Assembly (NCBI GenBank): GCA_025980475.1
Contig: JAICXL010000005.1
Span: forward strand, 4,636 to 68,635
DNA: 64,000 bases
Direction: 5' to 3'
Source of the DNA: Nocardioidaceae bacterium
Lineage (GTDB): Bacteria > Actinomycetota > Actinomycetes > Propionibacteriales > Nocardioidaceae
The notes beneath the pieces are model-generated. The model was not told where the DNA came from, made no database searches, and saw only the letters and a program-made list of their open reading frames with translations. The position numbers were made by a program, and so were the translations under genes. This document shows, piece after piece, positions 54,402-61,405 of the stretch (position 1 is the first letter of the stretch; every line of letters begins with the position of its first letter).

Positions 54402-56480
54402 ATGACCGCCGACGACCTGCTCGCCGCGCTCGATCCCGAGCAGCGTGCGGTGGCCCAGGCGCTGCGCGGCCCGGTGCGGGTGCTGGCCGGCGCGGGCACC
54501 GGCAAGACCCGCGCGATCACGCACCGGATCGCCTACGGCGTGGCCACCGGCGTCTACAACCCGATGGAGGTGCTCGCGGTCACCTTCACCACCCGCGCCG
54601 CCGGCGAGATGCGCGGCCGGCTCCGACAGCTCGGCGCGGCCGGCGTGCAGGCGCGCACCTTCCACTCCGCGGCGCTGCGGCAGCTGCGCTACTTCTGGCC
54701 CCAGGTGTACGGCGGGGCCCCGCCGACCCTGACCGAGTCGAAGATCCCGGTGATCGCCGGCGCCGCCCGACGCAACCGGCTCGACGTCGACCAGGCCCGG
54801 CTGCGCGACCTGGCCAGCGAGATCGAGTGGGCCAAGGTCAGCAACGTGCGCCCCGACGACTACGAACGCCTCGCACCGGCCCGGGGCCGTGAGGTCGCCG
54901 GGCTCGACGCCGCCAGCGTCGCGCGCGTCTTCGAGACCTACGAGGAGCTCAAGCGCGAGCAGGGCCGGATGGACATGGAGGACGTGCTGCTCATCGGCGC
55001 CGCCCTGCTCACCGAGGACGACCGGGTCGCCGCCGAGGTGCGTCGGCAGTACAAGTGGTTCGTCGTCGACGAGTTCCAGGACGTCAGCCCGATCCAGTCC
55101 GCGCTGCTCGACCTCTGGCTCGGCGGCCGCGACGAGCTCTGCGTGGTGGGCGACCCGGCGCAGACCATCTACTCGTTCGCCGGCGCGCGAGCGTCCTACC
55201 TCACCGACTTCACCGCGAGATTCCCGGGCGCGACCACGATCGAGCTGGTCCGCAACTACCGCTCGACCCCGCAGGTCGTCGAGACCGCCAACGCGCTGAT
55301 GCGCGGCACTGCGACCCGTGGCGTGCAGCTGCTGGCCCAACGCGAGCCCGGCCCGACGGTGACCTGGCACGAGCTGCCCGACGAGGTGGCCGAGGCCGAG
55401 GCGGTCGCCGAGGAGGTGGCCCGGCTGAAGGCGGCGGGCACGCCGCTGCGCGAGATGGCCGTGCTGCTCCGGATCAACGCCCAGTCCGAGGCCTTCGAGG
55501 ACGCGCTGACCAGCCGCGGCATCGCCTACGTCGTGCGCGGTGCGGCCCGGTTCTTCGACCGGCCCGAGGTCCGTCAGGCGATCGCCCTGATGCGCGGCAA
55601 CGTGCGCGCCGGCGAGGCCGCCCGGGACGGGCTCGTCGAGCAGGTCCGTGGCGTGCTCGGCGGGATGGGCTGGTCGATCGGGGCGCCCACCGCGCGCGGT
55701 CAGGCCCGTGACCGCTGGGAGTCGCTGCAGGCCCTGGTGTCCCAGGCCGAGGACTACGTCGAGGCCGAGATCGCCCCCACGCTGGAGGGCTTCGTCGCCG
55801 AGCTGGACCGCCGCGCCCACGAGCAGCACGCCCCGGTCGCCGAGGGCGTCACGCTCGCCACCCTGCACACCGCCAAGGGCCTGGAGTGGGACGCGGTCTT
55901 CCTGGGCGGCCTGCAGGAGGGTTCGATGCCGATCAGCTATGCCGACACCCCTGCGGCCGTCGAGGAGGAGCGCCGGCTGCTCTACGTCGGCATCACCCGC
56001 GCCCGCGCCCACCTCTGGCTGTCGTGGTCGTTGGCCCGCAACCCGGGCGGCCAGGCTCGTCGGCGGCCGTCCCGGTTCCTCGACGGGTTGCGGCCGGCGT
56101 CGACCACCGACCGGCCCGTCACCGGTGGCTCGGGGCGCTCGCGGCGCAAGGACAGGCGGGCCGCGCTGTGCAAGCTCTGCCAGAAGCCGCTGGGCAGCTC
56201 CCGCGAGCGCAACCGCGGCTACTGCGAGGACTGCCCCATCCCCTACGACGAGGAGCTGTTCGAGTCGCTGAAGGTCTGGCGCAAGGAACGCGCAGCGGCG
56301 GAGAGCGTCCCGGCGTACGTCGTCTTCTCCGACGCCACCCTGGAGGCGCTGGCAGAAGTGCGTCCGAGCGGGAAGCAGGCGCTGTTGCGGGTCAACGGGA
56401 TCGGCCAGGCCAAGCTGGAGAAGTATGCCGACGACCTGCTCGAGATCCTGGCCGGGGACTCCGCAGAGAAACCTCGTTAA
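54402..56480 (+). CDS. uvrD2: ATP-dependent DNA helicase UvrD2 (UvrD core, tetracysteine module, HRDC)
   Basis: AGAGTGKTR, VDEFQDVS, Cys module CKLCQ..YCEDCP, and a C-terminal HRDC-like segment (VFSDATLEALAE..LLRVNGIGQAKLEKY). Confidence 0.9.
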   Translation: MTADDLLAALDPEQRAVAQALRGPVRVLAGAGTGKTRAITHRIAYGVATGVYNPMEVLAVTFTTRAAGEMRGRLRQLGAAGVQARTFHSAALRQLRYFWPQVYGGAPPTLTESKIPVIAGAARRNRLDVDQARLRDLASEIEWAKVSNVRPDDYERLAPARGREVAGLDAASVARVFETYEELKREQGRMDMEDVLLIGAALLTEDDRVAAEVRRQYKWFVVDEFQDVSPIQSALLDLWLGGRDELCVVGDPAQTIYSFAGARASYLTDFTARFPGATTIELVRNYRSTPQVVETANALMRGTATRGVQLLAQREPGPTVTWHELPDEVAEAEAVAEEVARLKAAGTPLREMAVLLRINAQSEAFEDALTSRGIAYVVRGAARFFDRPEVRQAIALMRGNVRAGEAARDGLVEQVRGVLGGMGWSIGAPTARGQARDRWESLQALVSQAEDYVEAEIAPTLEGFVAELDRRAHEQHAPVAEGVTLATLHTAKGLEWDAVFLGGLQEGSMPISYADTPAAVEEERRLLYVGITRARAHLWLSWSLARNPGGQARRRPSRFLDGLRPASTTDRPVTGGSGRSRRKDRRAALCKLCQKPLGSSRERNRGYCEDCPIPYDEELFESLKVWRKERAAAESVPAYVVFSDATLEALAEVRPSGKQALLRVNGIGQAKLEKYADDLLEILAGDSAEKPR

Positions 56481-56515
56481 ATGATTTGCCGCGCCGGAGA
56501 TCGCACGAGTAGTGT
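56476..56515 (+). promoter_or_regulatory. whiB7 promoter candidate with upstream AT-rich tract
   Basis: AT-rich GTTAAATGATTT (56476-56487), -35 TTGCCG (56486-56491), 18-nt spacer, -10 TAGTGT (56510-56515). Confidence 0.5.
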
Positions 56516-56587
56516 CTCGGACACCCGAAGTATGCGCATCACGACCCTGACGAGGCCGGCGCCCGACTACCACGAAGGAGGTGCACG

Positions 56588-56812
56588 ATGAACATCACCA
56601 AGCCCACCAGCGCGATCGCTCCGCGGTCGGCTCTCGTCGTGCCCACCCTCGGCTGCTCGTTCGGCACCGCTGTGTCCGTCAAGGGGTCCGTCAAGGGGTC
56701 CTTCAAGGGCTTCGGCACCGGCTACGCCGCCACCATGCGTGAGCGCCACGTGGATGCCGCCGTCATCACGGCCACCCCGGGGACCCATGCCTGGAGACCA
56801 CCTGTCACATGA
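56588..56812 (+). CDS. whiB7 leader uORF (74 codons)
   Basis: Strong RBS GAAGGAGGTG 4 nt upstream of the ATG. Contains 3 x 12-bp repeat encoding SVKG-SVKG-SFKG (56675-56710). Its stop sits inside a hairpin just upstream of the attenuator terminator. Confidence 0.55.
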   Translation: MNITKPTSAIAPRSALVVPTLGCSFGTAVSVKGSVKGSFKGFGTGYAATMRERHVDAAVITATPGTHAWRPPVT

Positions 56813-56840
56813 GACGACTCTCATTGACCGGCAGCCTCCA

Positions 56841-56883
56841 GGCCGCGGAACCCGACAAGGGATCCGCGGCCTTTCTGTTTCTT
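56841..56883 (+). terminator. intrinsic terminator (attenuator) in the whiB7 5' leader
   Basis: GGCCGCGGA (56841-56849) pairs with TCCGCGGCC (56863-56871), followed by TTTCTGTTTCTT. Located 58 nt upstream of the whiB7 ATG. Confidence 0.8.
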
Positions 56884-56940
56884 CCAGCACTTCCCCCCAG
56901 GTTTCCCGCAAGCGATCAGGTCAGACGAAGGAGGTGACAC

Positions 56941-57219
56941 ATGACCATCAGCGTTCTCGACCACAAGGCGGCCGGACTCGCCGGTGAGCTGCCCTGCCGG
57001 GTCAACGACGCGGAGCTGTTCTTCGCGGAGTCGCCCAGCGACGTGGAGCTGGCCAAGGCCCTCTGCCAGGGCTGCCCGGTCCGGGCCGAGTGCCTCGTGG
57101 GTGCGCTCGAGCGCCGTGAGCCCTGGGGCGTCTGGGGCGGAGAGCTGTTCCTCCAGGGGACGGTGATCCCCCGCAAGCGCCCCCGGGGCCGGCCCCGCAA
57201 GAACGAGGTGGCGGCGTGA
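56941..57219 (+). CDS. whiB7: WhiB7 (WhiB-like Fe-S transcription factor with C-terminal AT-hook)
   Basis: Four Cys (C..CxxCxxxxxC), GVWGG turn, and AT-hook RKRPRGRPRK. RBS GAAGGAGGTG. Confidence 0.95.
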   Translation: MTISVLDHKAAGLAGELPCRVNDAELFFAESPSDVELAKALCQGCPVRAECLVGALERREPWGVWGGELFLQGTVIPRKRPRGRPRKNEVAA

Positions 57220-57268
57220 CCACCACCACGACACCCGACGCGGCACCGCCGTCCGTCCACCACCAGGG

Positions 57269-57472
57269 ATGACCACCATGAACGACACCTTGAATCGGAG
57301 CATCACGATGAATCTCATCCAGGAGAACCTCGCCCGGGCGCATATGAACGCGCGCCTGGAGGAGGCGCGCATGTCACGGCGTGGGCACCAGCTCGCCGCC
57401 GCACGGCGCCTCTCCCGCAAGGCGGAGCGCGCTGCTGCCCAGGCGCGCCTCGCCCTCGCCCGCGCTCTGTAG
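57269..57472 (+). CDS. small hypothetical coiled-coil protein
   Basis: GC3-rich Arg/Ala-rich helix. The likelier start is ATG 57308 (MNLIQENLARA..), which is preceded by GGAG. Confidence 0.45.
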   Translation: MTTMNDTLNRSITMNLIQENLARAHMNARLEEARMSRRGHQLAAARRLSRKAERAAAQARLALARAL

Positions 57473-57643
57473 TGCGGGTCCTGACCCCCGTCGGCCGGGG
57501 GTTCGGGACGGCAGGTGACACCCCCTGACCAGGGGTACCTGATCGCGGGAAACCCGGAGGCCGGGTCCGGATCGAGCTGAGCTCGCCGGGCCCGGCCTTC
57601 GTCATCTCCAGATGGCCGACGTCGTGGACTATCCTTCGACGAC

Positions 57644-57805
57644 GTGGTGACGTGTGCGTTCTGCGGAGAGGTCGTCGAGTCCGACGAAGCGCCGATCAGC
57701 TGGACCTCGGCGGTGGAGCAGGGCCACGTCAAGCACTTCTGCGGGCGCTGCTCGCGTGAGCACCTGCGAGCGATGGAGGCGAAGCTCGACAGCGAGTGGT
57801 GGTAG
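57644..57805 (+). CDS. small CxxC..CxxC zinc-ribbon protein (53 aa, not in the ORF track)
   Basis: Hand translation gives VVTCAFCGEVVESDEAPISWTSAVEQGHVKHFCGRCSREHLRAMEAKLDSEWW*. Strong GC3 bias; convergent with the ABC1 kinase gene. Confidence 0.55.
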   Translation: MVTCAFCGEVVESDEAPISWTSAVEQGHVKHFCGRCSREHLRAMEAKLDSEWW

Positions 57806-57808
57806 CCC

Positions 57809-59173
57809 TCAGCCCGCGAAGCCGGGCAGCGACTCCTCCAGCAGCGCCCGGAACGGCACCGTCGCGCCGAGCTGGCTGAGCACCCCGATGGCGCCCACCC
57901 AGGTGCGGTGGATCAGCAGGTAGGAGGCCGGCAGGTTCAGCCGCAGCATCACCGGGAACGCGTCGCCGCGCGGGTCGTTGATCCGGCGGAACTGCTCCTG
58001 CATCCACTCGCGGGAGAACGTGAACTGCTCGACGGCGGCCGGCTCGATGAACGGCCCGAGGTAGGACCGCAGCGCGTCGGCGTCGATGCGGACCCGCTCC
58101 CGGATGAAGCCCTCGTCGCGTAGCGCGGTGACCAGCTGGTCGTAGTCGTCCATCGAGGCGATCCGGATCAGCGCCCCGATCGTGCGGGGCAGCTCCCGCT
58201 GGGGCAGCCGGGCCACCGCCCCGAAGTCGAGCACGCCGAGCCGGCCGGGGCCGCCGTCCGCGGCCGGCAGCAGCCGGAAGTTGCCCGGGTGCGGGTCGGC
58301 ATGCAGCATCCCGGTGCGCGCCGGGCAGGAGAAGAGGAAGTGGGCCAGCTGCCCGCCGTAGTGATCGCGCTCGGCCTGCGTGCCCGCGCGGATCACCTGC
58401 GCCAGCGACCCGGCGCTCTCCATCCACTCCGTGACCAGCACCTTCTCGGAGTGGGCGACCACGTCGGGCACCACGATGTCGGGGTCGTCGAGGTACTCCG
58501 CGGCGAACGCGGCCTGGGCCTGCGCCTCCAGGGTGTAGTCGAGCTCCTCCACCGTGCGTTCCTGCAGCTCGGTGACCAGCGCCCGGACGTCGATGCCCGG
58601 CATCATCGGGCCGATGCTGCGAGCCAGCCGGGAGAGCTGGCGCAGGTCGCTGCGCAGGGCGGCGGCGGCGCCGGGGTACTGCACCTTGACCGCGACGTCA
58701 CGCTCGCCCGTGTCGTCGCGCCAGCGGGCCTTGTGAACCTGGCCGATCGAAGCGGCCGCGGCCGGCATCGGGTCGAGGTCGAGCAGGTGCCCGGCCCAGT
58801 CGTCGCCGAGCTGCTCGGTGAGGATCTGCCGAACGGTGATCGTCGGCATCGGCGGGGCGGAGTCCTGCAGCCGGGTGAGCTGCTCCCGGTACGGCGCTGC
58901 CAGCTCCTCCGGCAGGGCGGCCTCGAAGATCGACATCGCCTGGCCGACCTTCATCGCCCCGCCCTTCAGCTCGCCGAGGGTGCGGAAGAGCTGCTCGGCG
59001 GTGCGCTGCTGCACCTCGGTGAGCACGGTGTCGGCAGGAGCGCCGCCGATGCGCTTGCCGAACCCGAGCGCGGTGCGACCGGCGTACCCCAGGGGCAGGG
59101 CCGCCAGCCGGGCCGTCCGCTGGACGGCCCTGCGCGGGAGCTCGGTCACGGCATGCCGCTCATGCCGCTCCAA
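57809..59173 (-). CDS. ABC1/UbiB-family atypical protein kinase
   Basis: 454 aa with AASIGQVHKA, a VAVKVQYPG block and HADPHPGN catalytic-loop motifs. Confidence 0.9.
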   Translation of the reverse strand: MERHERHAVTELPRRAVQRTARLAALPLGYAGRTALGFGKRIGGAPADTVLTEVQQRTAEQLFRTLGELKGGAMKVGQAMSIFEAALPEELAAPYREQLTRLQDSAPPMPTITVRQILTEQLGDDWAGHLLDLDPMPAAAASIGQVHKARWRDDTGERDVAVKVQYPGAAAALRSDLRQLSRLARSIGPMMPGIDVRALVTELQERTVEELDYTLEAQAQAAFAAEYLDDPDIVVPDVVAHSEKVLVTEWMESAGSLAQVIRAGTQAERDHYGGQLAHFLFSCPARTGMLHADPHPGNFRLLPAADGGPGRLGVLDFGAVARLPQRELPRTIGALIRIASMDDYDQLVTALRDEGFIRERVRIDADALRSYLGPFIEPAAVEQFTFSREWMQEQFRRINDPRGDAFPVMLRLNLPASYLLIHRTWVGAIGVLSQLGATVPFRALLEESLPGFAG

Positions 59174-59191
59174 GCGGGCTTTCAGGAGTCC

Positions 59192-59971
59192 TCATGCCTC
59201 CATTGTGACCGAGGACCCCTGGCCCCACGTGCAGCCACACTCGGGATGCCGCCACCACGCCTGGGCGGCCACCTCGCCCACGGCCGGGTCGATGCGCACC
59301 GTCCGCGACCAGGTCGAGGGGCAGCCGCCCGCGGCGAAGGTCGCCAGGTCGCGCACCGCCCAGGCCATCGCGAGCGTGCCCAGCACGAGGTCGGTGCTGC
59401 CCGGAGGCGCGTGCACGTAGCGGTCGACGAGCAGCAGGTGCGCGGAGTCCTCGGCCGCGCGGTGCAGGTCCACGCAGCGCAGGCAGGCCGACCGACCGGG
59501 CACCGAGAACGGGCCGAGGATCGCCAGGCCGTCGACAAGCCGGACCGGCAGGTGCGGCTGCCCGGCGCGGGCGACCGGCGCCAGCAGCTCACGATCGAGC
59601 TCACCGGACGAGGCGAGCAGCACCAGGTCCGCCCCGCGGGCATCCGTCGTGTGCGCCAGGCCGGCGGCGGCGAGCAGTGGCAGGGGGTCAGCAGGGGGCT
59701 CCCCGGCCACGGCCACGGACATCGGGGCGGTCGGTCGGCCCAGCACCGCCAGGCCGCGCTCGACGAGCTCGGCTGTGAGGTCGGTCGTGAGCTCGGCGGC
59801 CTCGGGGGCGATCGGGACACCGGTGGCCAGCGCGCTCAGCGCCTGCTCGATGGCCGGGGTCCGAGCCAGCCGGACGGCACGACGGTGCTCGAGGCCCACC
59901 TGCAGCAGGTGACGGCCCAGCCGCACGACCCGCACGCCCGCAGCGAGCGCTGCCCGGTCCTCCGCATCCAT
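59192..59971 (-). CDS. hypothetical protein, degenerate E1/ThiF-like or cyclodehydratase-docking-like fold with CxxC and CxC motifs
   Basis: ACLRCVDLH and HPECGC motifs; the nucleotide loop is degenerate (VAVAGEPP). Sits 18 nt upstream of the ABC1 kinase gene. ATG 59971 fits leaderless geometry. Confidence 0.55.
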   Translation of the reverse strand: MDAEDRAALAAGVRVVRLGRHLLQVGLEHRRAVRLARTPAIEQALSALATGVPIAPEAAELTTDLTAELVERGLAVLGRPTAPMSVAVAGEPPADPLPLLAAAGLAHTTDARGADLVLLASSGELDRELLAPVARAGQPHLPVRLVDGLAILGPFSVPGRSACLRCVDLHRAAEDSAHLLLVDRYVHAPPGSTDLVLGTLAMAWAVRDLATFAAGGCPSTWSRTVRIDPAVGEVAAQAWWRHPECGCTWGQGSSVTMEA

Positions 59972-59977
59972 GGCCCG

Positions 59978-60024
59978 ACCGTAGGGCGGACGACGGGATC
60001 GGGCCAACCGTCGTCCACAGGAAG
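59978..60024 (-). promoter_or_regulatory. leaderless promoter with upstream CTTCCTGTGGAC motif (locus 2)
   Basis: Minus strand reads CTTCCTGTGGAC (60013-60024), then 29 nt (so 30 nt after the TGTGGA core), TACGGT (59978-59983), 6 nt, ATG 59971. A -35-like TTGGCC lies 18 nt upstream of the -10. Confidence 0.5.
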
Positions 60025-60081
60025 GCGCAGACGGCGGGACACCTCCCGGAGGAGGGTCCCGCCGTCAGGCGTCTGGGTGGC

Positions 60082-60240
60082 TCAGGCCTTGCCGAGGATG
60101 CGGTTGAGGTTCGTGCCGCAGACCGGGCAGACGGCCTTGGCCATCCGGGTGCCCTTGTCGTTGACCTTGACCTCGCCCTCGGCCTCGCGCTTCTCCTTGC
60201 ACTTCACGCAGTAGAACTCGCCGCTCCAGGTCTCCGCCAT
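60082..60240 (-). CDS. DUF5679-like small zinc-ribbon protein (52 aa, not in the ORF track)
   Basis: Hand translation gives MAETWSGEFYCVKCKEKREAEGEVKVNDKGTRMAKAVCPVCGTNLNRILGKA*. RBS AAGGAGG lies 5 nt upstream. The 64-aa track ORF here is in the wrong frame. Confidence 0.75.
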   Translation of the reverse strand: MAETWSGEFYCVKCKEKREAEGEVKVNDKGTRMAKAVCPVCGTNLNRILGKA

Positions 60241-60396
60241 GACGGCCTCCTTGATCCATGTTGCTTGGTCGTCGCGGCGGGAGTCCGGATCGACCCGCCG
60301 GGGTTCACGCTTGGAGAACCGTCCTCGACCCTACGGCAGAGTCGCGCACAAGTCCCGCACCCCCCCGGTATGTCGCCGCTGGGTAGTCTCCGGGCC

Positions 60397-61275
60397 ATGC
60401 CCGAGACGAGTCCCGAAGCAAGCCCGGAAGCAAGCCCGGAAACAAGCCCGGAAGCAAGCCCGGACGCGACTGCGGTCCCCGCTCCGGAGCTGGCCCAGCT
60501 GCGCCTCGAGCGGCCCGCCGACGGGGTTGCCCTGCTCACCCTGGACCAGCCGGGGCGCCGCAACGCGATGTCCGATGAGATGACCGCGTCGTGGGTCCGG
60601 GCGGTCGACGCGCTCGCCGCGGACCGCTCGGTCCGGGTGGTGGTGGTGACGGGGGAGGGTACGGCGTTCTGCTCCGGGGGCAACACGTCCTGGATCGCCA
60701 GCGAGCCGGATGCCTCTGTCGGCGCGCTGCGCGAGCGGATGCTCCCGTTCTACCGGCAGTGGCTCTCGATCCGCCGGCTCGAGGTGCCGACCATCGCGGC
60801 GGTGAACGGGCCCGCCATCGGCGCCGGCCTCTGCCTGGCGCTGGCCTGCGACCTCCGTTACGCCGCCGACACGGCCCGGCTGGGCGCTCCGTTCGTGCGA
60901 CTCGGGATGCATGCCGGCATGGCTGCGACGTTCCTGCTGCCCGACGTCGTCGGGGACGCCCACGCCCGCGAGCTGCTGCTGACCGGGCGCACGGTCGACG
61001 CCCAGGAGGCGCTGCGCCTCGGGCTGGTGAGCCGGGTCTTCGATGCCGACGGGTTCCTCGGTGAGGTGCTCGACGTCGCCCGGGGCATCGCGGGCACGGC
61101 GCCGGTGGCGAGCCGGCTGACCAAGGTCGCGCTGCAGAACGGCGGGCATGCCGACTTCGAGGCGGCGCTGCAGTGGGAGGCGCTGGCGCAGCCGGTCACG
61201 CTGGCCACCGAGGACCTGCAGGAGGGCATCCGCGCAGCGCGGGAGAAGCGGCCGCCGGTCTTCCGCGGCCGTTGA
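60397..61275 (+). CDS. enoyl-CoA hydratase/isomerase (crotonase) family protein with N-terminal SPEA repeat
   Basis: Crotonase blocks (VVVVTGEGTAFCSGGN; AAVNGPAIGAGLCLALACDLR). Start is ATG 60397 or ATG 60370. Confidence 0.85.
   Translation: MPETSPEASPEASPETSPEASPDATAVPAPELAQLRLERPADGVALLTLDQPGRRNAMSDEMTASWVRAVDALAADRSVRVVVVTGEGTAFCSGGNTSWIASEPDASVGALRERMLPFYRQWLSIRRLEVPTIAAVNGPAIGAGLCLALACDLRYAADTARLGAPFVRLGMHAGMAATFLLPDVVGDAHARELLLTGRTVDAQEALRLGLVSRVFDADGFLGEVLDVARGIAGTAPVASRLTKVALQNGGHADFEAALQWEALAQPVTLATEDLQEGIRAAREKRPPVFRGR
60409..60468 (+). repeat. 5 x 12-bp tandem repeat (AGCCCGGAAGCA consensus) encoding (SPEA)n
   Basis: Copies at 60409, 60421, 60433, 60445 and 60457, with 0-3 mismatches each. 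Confidence 0.9.
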
Positions 61276-61300
61276 GGGCCCCGGGACCGGACGGCCGCAG

Positions 61301-61399
61301 TTCTCCACTTCCTGTGGACAACGCTGTGGACAACTTGTGGACGGCGGGGCCTGTGTTGTGGATCACACGGGTGCGGCAGGCGGCGGGTCGGCGTAGGTT
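61301..61399 (+). promoter_or_regulatory. DnaA-box-like array plus leaderless promoter (locus 3)
   Basis: Bottom-strand boxes are TTGTCCACA x2 (61313-61321, 61325-61333), CCGTCCACA (61336-61344) and TGATCCACA (61357-61365); top-strand TTCTCCACT (61301-61309). TAGGTT (61394-61399) lies 6 nt before GTG 61406. Confidence 0.55.
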
Positions 61400-61405
61400 G
61401 CGCCC

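Noticed and set aside
56588-56812. Treating the 74-codon ORF upstream of whiB7 as an ordinary protein-coding gene.
   Set aside because: Its position inside a long 5' leader, its stop codon embedded in a hairpin that competes with a downstream intrinsic terminator, and its low-complexity repeat content fit a regulatory leader peptide better. It is kept as a uORF with moderate confidence.
61301-61366. Chromosomal replication origin (oriC).
   Set aside because: DnaA-box-like sites are present, but there is no dnaA, dnaN or rpmH neighbourhood and no AT-rich unwinding element. The array is short and sits in a promoter position, so I treat it as a secondary DnaA/regulator site.
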